Source of the DNA: Gemmatimonadota bacterium
GTDB lineage: Bacteria; JBHIER01; G020348925
Reading direction: 5' to 3'
DNA: 64,000 bases
Assembly (NCBI GenBank): GCA_020348925.1
Contig: CP070758.1
Span: forward strand, 2,309,688-2,373,687
Both the position numbers and the translations under genes were made by a program. This document shows, one piece after another, positions 19,901-27,314 of the stretch. Within the stretch, counting starts at the first letter, position 1, and every line of letters starts with the position of its first letter. The notes below the pieces were generated by a model. The model ran no database searches. It was not told the DNA's origin and saw nothing but the letters and a program-made list of their open reading frames with translations.

Positions 19901-21983
19901 CAACGATCCCGAGCAGGCCAGTCTCCATGTGACGCTGCTGGGGCATGGTGCCGAGCCGGATATTGATCTGTCCGCGACGCTTCTCGATTTCATGAGCGTT
20001 GCCCTGGGCAACGCATCCGAACGGACGCTGACGGTTCGAAATATTGGAGAGGCGGACCTTGTCCTGACGGATATCCATACAGATAATGGCGATTTTACCG
20101 TTTCAGGACTGACGCTTCCCGTGACCGTTGAGAAGCGGGACAGCATGACAGTGACCGTGACCTTCACACCGACGACTGTGGGTGCCATCCAGGGCAGCCT
20201 GATTGTTGCCAGTGATGATCCGGATGAACCGTTGATCTCCGTGGATCTGCTGGGGGAAGGCGTGCCCCCGGCCCGCTTAACCCTTGGGAACGGACACGGG
20301 ACACCTGAAAGCGAGGACAATCCCGTCTTTCTCTTTCTGGACAACACGGTACCGGTGGCATCGGTTGAGCTCCTCGTCAATTTTGATCCGGACGTACTGT
20401 CCCTGAATACGGTCCATACAACAGAGCGGCTTGGCCAAATGAGTCATTTCGAATGGGATGAAGGGGAGGTGGATGGTACGATCCACGTTCTTATTTCGGA
20501 TGTGAGTGATCATATCATTGAACCGGGAACAGGATCGATTATCCGACTTGGCTTCGATGTGACTGCCGACGCTGAGTTTGGCACGACGCCGTTGACACTG
20601 TCCGACGTGACCCTCTACGGTGCCTTTGATTCCGAGGTTCTCACCGGGACGGAGGATGGGTTCTTCACCGTTGGAACGTCCTACGTGTACAACTTCGGTG
20701 ATGTCCCGCTCGGACAGAAATCATCAATTACGCTCAATTATTCTTTCCCGGATCAGGATTGCGACTGGATCGTTGGGAAAATCGAGTGTAATAATCCGGA
20801 CTTCACCATTGAATCGCCTTGTTCCTGTCCGCTTGTCGTGTCCTCGTCCCTATTGGGTCAATTGGAGCTTACGATCGGCTTTTCCCCTTCACAGATGGAA
20901 GAGGAGTGGGGGCTCATCACCCTGCGTCTTATTGCCCCTCATGAGCAAACAATTCTTCTGCCCATCGTCGGTCGGGGAGTAACCGCGGTGAGTGAAAACT
21001 GGGCGGTTGACGTCGTGTGCCTCAGCAGTGACGTCACTCTCGAAGAGGATGAAAGGAGAAAGGAACTGACATTTGGGGTTGATTCGGCGGGATCGGACGG
21101 TTTGGATGGCGGATTGGACGTGGCGTTGCCCCCTCCGAGTCCTGGCGGTGAGGATTTCTCCGCCTATTTTCCCCTGGAGTTGGAATTTGGGACACTGCGG
21201 CTGCAAAGAGATATAAGAAGTTCAGCCCGAAAGAACATCGAATGGACCATTGAAACTGAGGGAACGGGCGGGACCATGTCCTGGGATCCCTCAGCCTTAC
21301 CGGAAGGCGAGTTCACGTTGAACGGCAGTGTTGATATGAAAAGTATCGGTGAGGTTTTTTTCGTGGCAAACGAGACGGTGACCATTCAATATGCGAGCCC
21401 ACAATCCGCGATCCAGTTGCAGTCTCTCTCCGTCCAATTTGGGGACGGCTGGGCGACCGTGCTGTGGGAGACTGCCTATGAGGAAAACGTGGCCGGTTAT
21501 AACCTGTACAGAGTGGGTGAGGCTGGCGTCCGGCCTTCAGCGGAGCATAGACTGAACACATCCATCATCACCGGATCGCACGCGTACTCCTTCGTCGATA
21601 AAACAGCCGATCCCGGTGAGATATATTACTACTGGGTCGAAGTTGTGGGCTTCGATGGATCGACGATGTTCTTAGGGAGCGTTTCGGGTCGCGTGGCTGT
21701 TCCGAAGAACTTCGTCCTGTCCCAGAACTATCCGAATCCCTTCAATCCCGAGACCCACATCGATTTTACTTTGCACTCCCGGGAGAATGTCTCCCTTGTC
21801 ATTTACAACGCCCTCGGCCAGCAGATTCGTGCTCTTGTCCAAGGTCCTCAATCCCCCGGCACGTACACCATCACCTGGGACGGTTGCGATGACGATGGAG
21901 TCCTCGTTCCCAGCGGCATGTTCTTCTATCGCATCACCGTCGGCACCATCTCAGAGACGAAGAAGATGGTGATGTTGAAATAG
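10974..21983 (+). CDS. Giant secreted protein (~3670 aa): signal peptide, ~29 ASH-type Ig repeats with two internal cohesin-like domains, an unknown Pro-containing domain, FN3-like domain, T9SS type-A/FlgD-Ig CTD
   Basis: SD AAGGAG before ATG 10974. Signal MTKRGTACVIVLILVFGVLSMGEVFA. Repeats HDFGxV..WxLxVxN..PxFP..SDDPDE. Cohesin-like segments at ~18295-18700 (ISALEFGLTYDSQVL) and ~20270-20675 (VASVELLVNFDPDVL). CTD LSQNYPNPFNPET..TKKMVMLK. Confidence 0.9.
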   Translation: MTKRGTACVIVLILVFGVLSMGEVFAQSPTPLPEIHLSTSSHDYGLVKVGYSQDWVLRVANRGLGRLTIFDITSDHPDFQISDPVSFPQYVNYSGGRTPDSLFVTVTFTPSTVGEITGRLTVLSNDADEGTLYVSLEGQGTAPDINIFEVIHDFNGVVVGSALDWTLVVHNTGPVDLVLTEITSSNPNFIVVVPNHFPESIPPGGRIDVVISFAPISGGVKTGNLIIRSDDPDESVYYVSLLGEGLAADIDVSTMAYDFGELMSGTSSSWELTVYNRGTLDLIISQAIISPPIFSVVSPLFPQTVEPNGSLTVEIVVSPEAVGDIDGTLTLRSNDPDESELIVSLTGTVIPRSPDIVLSAVSHNFGDVLLSSSVTWDFQIQNTGLIDLTVNSILSDQAEFSILTPSFPQQVAPDESLNVTVAFTPTAVGARSGILTVRSDDPDQGVLTLSIFGRGVAPKVEVSARSYDFGNVLVGSSSAWNVTLSNVGTADLVIESVVSSHSNFLVADAQFPRTIPPGGSIIQTVLFTPSSLGLIAGNLTVNTNDPDESVLLIALNGIGVKPDIYVSADSHDFGDVHLGSSGYWDLGIQNLGTAPLTVTGLFSSASSFTVSAPSFPQTVDPGEILSVTVVFTPASLGEITGNLTIISNDPEQETLVVQVRGTGSAPPAPRIHISENTHDFDLVNLGASTEWRVTVYNRGDLDLIVSSASSDNPDFQVISPPVFPNSIDPLSHMHITIAFAPSGAGTRTGHITIGSNDPDRALVSLAVAGYGSAPEIELSSLSHDYGKVLLLNPEPWTMRVTNQGSKDLLVTEITSDQEEFIIASAGFPRTLPPGTNLDVVVTFLPQVEGERRGTVTVFSNDPNEPLLTVPVVGVGASSKIHVSEFDHDFGLTAVGDTSLWTIIVTNVGEEDLVVDNITSSHPDFIVLSPRFPQRITYYCGIEVTLAFVPSSDGQKRGHLSVNNNDSFQPCAPLELVGIGIAPDIAFSTLSQNFGDVLLGQSRSGRFRISNVGTIDLVVDSIVSNHTDFSITSPAFPQVIGPGGEIEVTTRFAPTALGERTGHFTAYSDDYDEAQQLIDVRGRGVSPEIELSAWSHDFGQIWAGDCTLWSFTITNQGSFDLLISDIACALPEYAIVGVTFPQKIYPRCELEVPISFCPQAVGVVGCDLVIETNHPDVGDVTIQLMGEGVLPEIAASALEHNFGGLSLGESADWVLTVSNSGTAQLTVASIVLTNTVDFAIPEYTFPVLLDPQGSLDVPIVFEPQTSTHKESDLIITSDDPFNPVVSVHLRGKGLVKDILLSDKSHDFGSVAVGQRSDWSFTITNLGQLPLDITEVIPSLSDFRVTAPLFPHTIEGGRNVEVTVSFVPTDIGIRSGTLEIQSTDPDEGSMIVTLVGVGFAPDIGLSAYNYDFGQVLVGECVQWPMRVNNTGTFDLEVSSITLNHPDFNVQGPTLPFSIGPGNSQELIVTYCPSAAETEECSLSMCVDGLLDRCVSVDLRGTGIVPDIAFSAPSHNYGPVYVGGTSNWVLMILNVGTADLTVSGVVSEGGAFVVTAPTFPRTIPPEGSVGVVVAFTPEEVGAVSGNLVVSSDDPNESEVTIPLEGSGVLPQFIVSDTFHDFGNVITGDSATWSFTVSNAGGARMTISAIASDNADFSITGPAFPRTLEPDGTVDVGVLFAPRSSGEKSGILSITTDDPSAPVFAIELTGKAVVTGFQLSENQHDYGKVLVGQTSAWTMILSNGGRTELMVLSIGSDLPEYVVISDEFPLAIAPQESIEVGVDFTPWVMGIFDGTLTIEILDFGDDPPTVQLTGEGVQQDIEVLELSHDYGNVVVGDSSSWFLTINNAGTADLIIDTIYTDHDDFQVDGLTFPIVLPADRLPPVPDIPVTFKPSSAVAAEGHLTILSDDPDEGEIVVTLTGYGVDANVYASDSYHDFGDVQLRGSEEWTFRLYNIGKSDLRVEHVLSGCEAFTVTDPEFPQTLGSGTQLDITVTFTPLTTDLVTCTLNVLTDDPDEGVLNVVVTGRGVGRGIAVTVRGIGFGPVRIGSSVVRTLTVYNNGLLEATVDDILSTHTDFQIVAPLFPYTIGPQDSVDVTIAFTPSEPGLAEGSLNIGSNDPDQPLLSVTVHGQGITPEINLSAEHHDFGKINVGSFSNWVFMIQNRGTADLAVSSVLSDNPQLTVVSPNFPRTIPTDDSCGVVVRFAPVDMGPASGTVTIISDDLDESTLTVALRGEGVLPDIALSALHHDYGEVEAGDTSLWVLTVSNVGSANLVVESMFSDHSDFAVLSPSFPQVIEPEAHVMVTVAFRPTSGQERSGRLSVYSDDPDESVLEVGLTGRGIASDVHVDVRDHDFGGVVVGDSTSWMLPLRNIGRASLTVHSVNTEGKDFNVVSPIFPQTVAPGQHLDVSIQFQPSDLGPIEGTVTVLSSDLSEPTVIIPVRGEGFIEPVLQIVDGFGDPGSAGNKVSVHLYTPLDISALEFGLTYDSQVLTITDAQLGADASHMGIFDIDFPLANRVFIHIGDADGGVISPRSGTVTEFTFQVAAEAPMGQLPLVLTDVVLYEGDGTPVPVVPQDGVFTVTLPDIVVPHRVYDYGDVSVNRPEDWPCPMWNSGTKDLIISGITVDHIDFYTIEPSFPCTLAVAESSLVIFRFAPSAIGPISASAIVESNDPDEGAVTISLGGVGIKPDICMGEIIHDFGDVLAGTSFTWPALIANLGKGALTVDSIFTVGSDFSVEALTYPFVVMESESIFVGVTFTPALAGAIRGSLVVVSNDPDEERFVLPLWGRGVAPDIDLSAVSHDFGEVDVGQIADEDFLIYNRGTAELTIDSLKAQPDAFTFFGPDFPETVAPGDSFALSVSFAPTFMGEISGDLTLFSDDPDEGEFMVFLSGVGAAPKIESSATSYIFGRVKLGESETWEFLISNVGTRDLIIESVEPDTSDYAVTVEEEFPLILEPGEDIVVGVIFQPSAVGMISGRLIIRSNDPEQASLHVTLLGHGAEPDIDLSATLLDFMSVALGNASERTLTVRNIGEADLVLTDIHTDNGDFTVSGLTLPVTVEKRDSMTVTVTFTPTTVGAIQGSLIVASDDPDEPLISVDLLGEGVPPARLTLGNGHGTPESEDNPVFLFLDNTVPVASVELLVNFDPDVLSLNTVHTTERLGQMSHFEWDEGEVDGTIHVLISDVSDHIIEPGTGSIIRLGFDVTADAEFGTTPLTLSDVTLYGAFDSEVLTGTEDGFFTVGTSYVYNFGDVPLGQKSSITLNYSFPDQDCDWIVGKIECNNPDFTIESPCSCPLVVSSSLLGQLELTIGFSPSQMEEEWGLITLRLIAPHEQTILLPIVGRGVTAVSENWAVDVVCLSSDVTLEEDERRKELTFGVDSAGSDGLDGGLDVALPPPSPGGEDFSAYFPLELEFGTLRLQRDIRSSARKNIEWTIETEGTGGTMSWDPSALPEGEFTLNGSVDMKSIGEVFFVANETVTIQYASPQSAIQLQSLSVQFGDGWATVLWETAYEENVAGYNLYRVGEAGVRPSAEHRLNTSIITGSHAYSFVDKTADPGEIYYYWVEVVGFDGSTMFLGSVSGRVAVPKNFVLSQNYPNPFNPETHIDFTLHSRENVSLVIYNALGQQIRALVQGPQSPGTYTITWDGCDDDGVLVPSGMFFYRITVGTISETKKMVMLK

Positions 21984-22373
21984 AGGAACAGATAACGTTA
22001 TTCCGAATATTGTTTTATAATATAAAGTTTGTGAAAGCATTGATGTATTCGCTTTGCGCAAGCGAAAATTTATATACAACCCAGTTCTTATTCTATTCTT
22101 AAATAGTATTTTAAAAGAGAAATGTGTATCAAATATGGAGTGTATTTGGATACATATTTCCCATGGTTGTGCAAAAAGTAAGCATATCCATCTGTTATCA
22201 TCAACTGTTCTTTCATCGAGTATCCGAGGAGAATTGTTCGGCAGAACTGAAAGTTATGAGCTCCCCACGGGTTGAATCAACTTTTGAAACTTTCACCCGT
22301 GAAAAGTGTCCAATTGCAGTGTAACATTAAAGTTAATGGAGATTTTTTTCACACTTTTTCATCGAAGGAGGCA

Positions 22374-25136
22374 ATGATGTCCCTGCAGAAAAAGAGCGCG
22401 TTCTTTTCGCTCGTGGTTTTTTGTGTTGTGGTCTCTTTCCTGGGCACACCCGTGATTGGAGGGGATATTGGCCAGGATATCGATATCCCCTACGAAAAGT
22501 TCGTCCTCGATAATGGACTCACATTGATCGTTCATGAGGACCACAAGGCCCCTATCGTGGCCGTCAATGTCTGGTATCACGTCGGTTCCAAAAATGAGAA
22601 GCCCGGACGAACCGGATTTGCCCATCTCTTCGAGCACCTCATGTTCAACGGGAGCGAACACTTCAACGATGATTATATGCAGGTGTTGGAACGTGTCGGG
22701 GCTACGGATCTGAACGGCACGACGAGCGAGGATCGGACAAATTACTTCCAGAATGTGCCGACCTCCGCCCTCGATGTCGCCCTGTGGATGGAGTCCGACC
22801 GTATGGGCTATATGAAAGCCGCGATTGATCAGGGAAAACTCGACGAGCAGCGGGGCGTCGTTCAGAACGAAAAACGGCAATACGAGAACGAGCCGTATGG
22901 TGTCGCCTACGAGCTCATCACCGAGGCCACCTTCCCCAAAGGGCATCCGTATTCGTGGACCGTGATCGGCTCCATGGAGGACCTCGATGCCGCTACGTTG
23001 GATGATGTTCACGAGTGGTTCAAGACCTACTACGGTCCTGCCAATGCCGTTCTCTCCGTTGTGGGTGATATTGATGCCCAGACGGCCAGTGAGAAGGTCG
23101 AGGAATATTTCGGGAACATTCCGTCAGGCCCCCCTGTGGCCAGGCATGACGTCTGGATTGCCAAGCGGAGCGGCATCCATAGGCAAAAAGTCGAGGATCG
23201 GGTTCCCCAGGCAAGAATCTACAAGGTCTGGAATATTCCGCAGTGGGCCGACCAAGAGGGTACCTATTTGGATCTTGTGAGCGATATCTTAGGGGCTGGC
23301 AAGAACTCCCGGCTATACAAACGCCTGGTGTACGACGACCAGATTGCAACGGACGTCTCCGTCTACGTTGAGTTGAGGGAGATCGCCGGTCTCTTTAATA
23401 TCGAGGTTGATGCCAAGCCAGGCGGCGATCTGGCCGAGGTTGAGAGAGTGATTGATGAGGAATTGGCTCGATTTCTGACCGAAGGACCGACGGAGAAGGA
23501 GGTCGAGCGGGTCAAAATTCAATATATTGCTGGATTTATACGTGGCATCGAGCGTATCGGTGGGTTCGGTGGCAAGTCCGATGTTCTGGCTCAGAGCGAA
23601 GTCTTCGGTGGTCACCCTGAGTTCTATAAGACCAATCTGGAAAGAGTCCGGGAAGCCACAGTGCGAGATCTCCATGAGACAGCGGTGCGGTGGCTCTCAG
23701 ACGGGGTCTATATTTTGGAGGTTCATCCGTTTCCGGAATATACTTCGACAGGAAGGGACGTCGATCGCTCGCAACTGCCTGCTCCGGGCGAACAATCTGA
23801 TCCGGAATTCCCCGATCTGCAGCGGACGACACTGTCCAACGGTTTAAAGGTTATTCTGGCCGAACGCCATGCCGTACCCGTTATTAATTTTTCCCTTCTC
23901 GTTGATGCGGGATACGCATCGGATCAATTTGGCCTGCCAGGGACCGCCAGATTGGCCATGGATATGCTGGACGAGGGAACGAAGAGCAGAACCTCACTTG
24001 AAATCAGTGAGGAGCTTGCATTGTTGGGGACCAATTTGAATACCGGGTCGAATCTGGACATGTCGGTCGTCTCCCTTTCCGCACTCAAGGCCAACGTGGA
24101 TCCTTCATTGGATATTTTCGCCGATGTGATTCTGAATCCTTCCTTCCCCAAGGAGGATTTTGAGCGGTTGAAAAAACTGCAACTGGATGTGATCGAGCAG
24201 GAGAAAAAGATACCTATTCAGATGGCACTCAGGGTATTTCCCGGATTCTTGTATGGCAAGGGTCACGCTTACGGAAATCCTTTCTATGGCTCTGGAACCG
24301 AGGCCTCCGTATCAGAGATTGAACGGTCAGACTTGCAGAAATTTCACACGACCTGGTTCAAACCGAACAATGCCACTCTTGTCGTTGTGGGAGCGACAAC
24401 CCTGAATGAGATGAAACCGAAGCTTGAAAAGCTCTTCCGGGAGTGGGAACAGGGGAACGTGCCGACGAAGAATATCGTCGAGGTGGAGCACCAATCGAAG
24501 TCCGTGGTGTACATCATGGATAAGCCGGGTGCGCTTCAATCCCTCATCATTGCAGGCCATGTCGCTCCACCCAAGGCCAATCCGGATGAGATTGCCATTG
24601 AGACCATGAACAATATTCTCGGCGGCACGTTTACGGCGAGAATGAATATGAACCTGCGTGAGGACAAACACTGGTCCTACGGTGCCAGGAGTCTCCTCTT
24701 GGGTACTCGCGGTCAGCGCCCCTTTCTGGTATATGCCTCCGTGCAGACGGACAAGACCAGCGAATCGTTGGCCGAGATTTTGAAGGAGATGCGGGGGATT
24801 CAAGGTACCCAGCCGGCCACGGATGATGAGCTTCAAAAGGTGCAGAAAAATAGGATTCTTCGCATGCCGGGTTCCTGGGAGACCATAAACGAACTTGGGG
24901 CATCGATCAATCAGATTGTTCGCTTCGGTCTGCCGGACGATTATTTCGAGACCTATCCGGATGAGATCAGATCCATGCGGGTGGCCGATGTGACCCGAGC
25001 GGCACAGAACGTTCTTCATCCGGACAACGTCGTCTGGGTGGTCGTCGGCGACAGGGAGCACATTGAGGGCAAAATCCGCGAAATGGGATTTGACGAAATC
25101 GGTTTTATCGATGGGGATGGAAATCCTGTCGAATGA
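22374..25136 (+). CDS. M16 family (pitrilysin/PqqL-like) zinc peptidase, exported
   Basis: Inverted zinc motif GFAHLFEHLMF; second half carries NLREDKHWSYG; N-terminal hydrophobic signal; SD AAGGAGG before ATG 22374/22377. Confidence 0.92.
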   Translation: MMSLQKKSAFFSLVVFCVVVSFLGTPVIGGDIGQDIDIPYEKFVLDNGLTLIVHEDHKAPIVAVNVWYHVGSKNEKPGRTGFAHLFEHLMFNGSEHFNDDYMQVLERVGATDLNGTTSEDRTNYFQNVPTSALDVALWMESDRMGYMKAAIDQGKLDEQRGVVQNEKRQYENEPYGVAYELITEATFPKGHPYSWTVIGSMEDLDAATLDDVHEWFKTYYGPANAVLSVVGDIDAQTASEKVEEYFGNIPSGPPVARHDVWIAKRSGIHRQKVEDRVPQARIYKVWNIPQWADQEGTYLDLVSDILGAGKNSRLYKRLVYDDQIATDVSVYVELREIAGLFNIEVDAKPGGDLAEVERVIDEELARFLTEGPTEKEVERVKIQYIAGFIRGIERIGGFGGKSDVLAQSEVFGGHPEFYKTNLERVREATVRDLHETAVRWLSDGVYILEVHPFPEYTSTGRDVDRSQLPAPGEQSDPEFPDLQRTTLSNGLKVILAERHAVPVINFSLLVDAGYASDQFGLPGTARLAMDMLDEGTKSRTSLEISEELALLGTNLNTGSNLDMSVVSLSALKANVDPSLDIFADVILNPSFPKEDFERLKKLQLDVIEQEKKIPIQMALRVFPGFLYGKGHAYGNPFYGSGTEASVSEIERSDLQKFHTTWFKPNNATLVVVGATTLNEMKPKLEKLFREWEQGNVPTKNIVEVEHQSKSVVYIMDKPGALQSLIIAGHVAPPKANPDEIAIETMNNILGGTFTARMNMNLREDKHWSYGARSLLLGTRGQRPFLVYASVQTDKTSESLAEILKEMRGIQGTQPATDDELQKVQKNRILRMPGSWETINELGASINQIVRFGLPDDYFETYPDEIRSMRVADVTRAAQNVLHPDNVVWVVVGDREHIEGKIREMGFDEIGFIDGDGNPVE

Positions 25137-25156
25137 TGGGCTCTTGCCTACACACC

Positions 25157-25190
25157 AGCCCGACTCGGCATCTCCGGGTCGGGCTTTTTT
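25157..25190 (+). terminator. Rho-independent terminator after the M16 peptidase
   Basis: AGCCCGACTCGG-CATCT-CCGGGTCGGGCT hairpin followed by a T run. Confidence 0.85.
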
Positions 25191-25435
25191 CTCCGCAGCC
25201 AGGATGATAGGTCAGGAAAGGGTATGAGAAAACGTCAGAGGGTATGAGTGTCAGATTTTCAAACTCGAAACACGGAGGCTGAATCCGGAACCCGGTATTC
25301 GAAGGCAACGACTGGTATCACTGGGAAAGGAAAACAGGACGGAACAAAATAGTTGCTCAAGAAGGGTAGAATGCATAAATTACGCCCTTTGGACCGTCTT
25401 GAAAGAAGTACCTCGATTGAGATCGGAGCGGCATA

Positions 25436-25609
25436 ATGATTCGAGTTGATGAAAACAAGTGTGACTTTTGCGGGACGTGCGTCGCCGTTTGTCCCGTCGA
25501 TGCCATTGAAGTTCTGGAGTCCGAGGTCATCATCGATGAAGACGTGTGCACGAGCTGTTCATACTGCATATTTGTCTGCCCCTGGGCTGCGCTCCAGGAG
25601 GAAGCATGA
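25436..25609 (+). CDS. 2x[4Fe-4S] ferredoxin, 57 aa (absent from ORF track)
   Basis: Manual translation MIRVDENKCDFCGTCVAVCPVDAIEVLESEVIIDEDVCTSCSYCIFVCPWAALQEEA* has two CxxCxxCxxxCP motifs. SD GGAG upstream. Stop overlaps the next ATG (ATGA). Confidence 0.93.
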   Translation: MIRVDENKCDFCGTCVAVCPVDAIEVLESEVIIDEDVCTSCSYCIFVCPWAALQEEA

Positions 25610-26778
25610 CTGATGCCTACGACATCATCGTCGTCGGTGGCGGTCCGGCCGGATCGTCCGCGGCGATGACGGCGGCACAGCGTGGAGCACGGGTGCTTCT
25701 TCTGGAGAAGGACGCCGAAATCGGTCTGCCGGTCCGATGCGCTGAAGGGGTGAGCGAGCGGAGCCTGAAGGATCTTTTTGAATCCCATCCGCCGTGGATT
25801 TCAAATCGGATTACGAAACTCTCATTTTTCGCACCCGATGGAACCGAGGTGCGTCTCAACGCGCCGAGGATCGGATATATCCTCGACAGGAGGGCTTTTG
25901 ACAGCAACCTGGCCCAGCGTGCGGTGAGGGCTGGGGCAGAGGTGTTGACAGGAGCATGTGTTCGAGGGATGACTCCCCTGACAGGGAATGGGTGGAATGT
26001 GTCGGTTCTGAGAAGGAATCAACCGTCCCAGTTCACGACCAGGATCGTTATCGGAGCCGATGGCGTTGAATCCCGCGTGGGGCGGTGGGCGGGCCTGGAC
26101 ACCAAGACGACACTCCACGATATTGAAACCTGCCTTCAGTATTCTATGGAAGGATTGGATCTTGACCCTGCATGCTGTCAGTTACATTTCGGAGGGCACG
26201 TGGCCCCCGGTGGATATCTCTGGGTCTTTCCCAAAGGGCCGGGTATGGCCAATGTGGGTGTGGGCATCTCCGGGGAATATTCGCGAAGGATGAAACCCAT
26301 CGATTACCTCAACCGTTTTGTCGATCGGGCATATGCCGGGGCCTCTGTATTGAGAACAGTGGGGGGGAGTGTACCGTGTTCCCTACCCTTGAAAGAGACA
26401 GTATCCGATGGCCTCCTGTTGGTCGGTGATGCTGCTCATCAGGCCGACCCCATGACCGGTGGCGGAATCATGAACGCTGTCAGGGCGGGCCGAATGGCCG
26501 GTCATGTTGCAGCCGAGGCGATTATGATGGGTGATACGTCAAAGAAACAGCTCATGGCGTATCAAGAGCAATGCGGAGAACTCTTGGGTAAGAAATTGCG
26601 ACGCTCCTACCGGCTCAAAAAGGCGGTGTATAAATTGACCGACAAAGAGCTCAATGACACTGCCGCATCAGTCAACAGCAGAGCCCCGGACAAACGAACA
26701 TTGGGTAGGATCTTTGTCACGGCACTCACCAAGAATCCGAAGCTCTTGTCCGATATCATCGCTCTCTTCGGTTCCTGA
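25606..26778 (+). CDS. Geranylgeranyl reductase family flavoprotein (digeranylgeranylglycerophospholipid reductase-like)
   Basis: GGGPAGS FAD motif, PVRCAEG, GADGVES, APGGYLWVFPKG (YxWxFP), GDAAHQADPMTGGGI. Start at 25606 with SD AGGAGG. Confidence 0.88.
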   Translation: MTDAYDIIVVGGGPAGSSAAMTAAQRGARVLLLEKDAEIGLPVRCAEGVSERSLKDLFESHPPWISNRITKLSFFAPDGTEVRLNAPRIGYILDRRAFDSNLAQRAVRAGAEVLTGACVRGMTPLTGNGWNVSVLRRNQPSQFTTRIVIGADGVESRVGRWAGLDTKTTLHDIETCLQYSMEGLDLDPACCQLHFGGHVAPGGYLWVFPKGPGMANVGVGISGEYSRRMKPIDYLNRFVDRAYAGASVLRTVGGSVPCSLPLKETVSDGLLLVGDAAHQADPMTGGGIMNAVRAGRMAGHVAAEAIMMGDTSKKQLMAYQEQCGELLGKKLRRSYRLKKAVYKLTDKELNDTAASVNSRAPDKRTLGRIFVTALTKNPKLLSDIIALFGS

Positions 26779-26783
26779 TCGGT

Positions 26784-27206
26784 CTACGCTCCAATAATCT
26801 TCACCAGAACCCGTTTTCTCCTTCGGCCGTCGAACTCTCCGTAGAAGATCTGTTCCCACGGTCCGAAATCGAGCCGTCCATCCGTTATGGCCACCGTCAC
26901 ACCCCTGCCCATGATCTGACGCTTCAGATGGTCGTCGCCGTTGTCCTCACCGGTCCGGTTGTGTCTGTAGTGCGAGATGGGTTCATGGGGTGCCAGCTCC
27001 TCCAGCCAGTCCTCGTAATCCTGGAGCAGCCCGGACTCGTCATCATTGATGTAGACGCTGGCCGTGATGTGCATGGCGTTGACCAAGCACAGGCCTTCCT
27101 TCACGCCGCTGTCGTGAAGACATTGTTCAATCTGAGGTGTGATATTGATAAATCCTCTGCGCTGAGGAATCTCAAACCACAGTTCCTGACGGTAGCTCTT
27201 CATCAT
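26784..27206 (-). CDS. yjbQ: YjbQ/UPF0047 family protein (secondary thiamine-phosphate synthase enzyme)
   Basis: [41 protein letters not shown] upstream. Confidence 0.9.
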   Translation of the reverse strand: MMKSYRQELWFEIPQRRGFINITPQIEQCLHDSGVKEGLCLVNAMHITASVYINDDESGLLQDYEDWLEELAPHEPISHYRHNRTGEDNGDDHLKRQIMGRGVTVAITDGRLDFGPWEQIFYGEFDGRRRKRVLVKIIGA

Positions 27207-27242
27207 GCTACTCCTTTCTCCAGAAAACAGTTCGGTCATAAG

Positions 27243-27270
27243 AAAAGGACACAGCATGCTGTGTCCTTTT
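27243..27270. terminator. Perfect 28-bp palindrome, probable bidirectional intrinsic terminator downstream of the Omp85-family gene
   Basis: AAAAGGACACAGCA|TGCTGTGTCCTTTT; either strand gives a hairpin followed by a U-tract. Confidence 0.7.
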
Positions 27271-27314
27271 TACGTGTGCGATTCTGATGGGTGGTACGGT
27301 GGTTCAGGTGTTTC

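Noticed and set aside
3-21983. A classical cellulosome
   Set aside because: No glycoside hydrolase, CBM3 or SLH/sortase anchor was recognised, and the cohesins are sparse among Ig repeats rather than tandem.
21984-22373. AT-rich spacer as a replication origin
   Set aside because: No clustered DnaA boxes (TTATCCACA-like) and no origin-associated genes.
25357-25788. 143-aa minus ORF and the extended 25546 start for the reductase
   Set aside because: The region is better explained by the plus-strand ferredoxin (25436-25609) and a reductase start at 25606.
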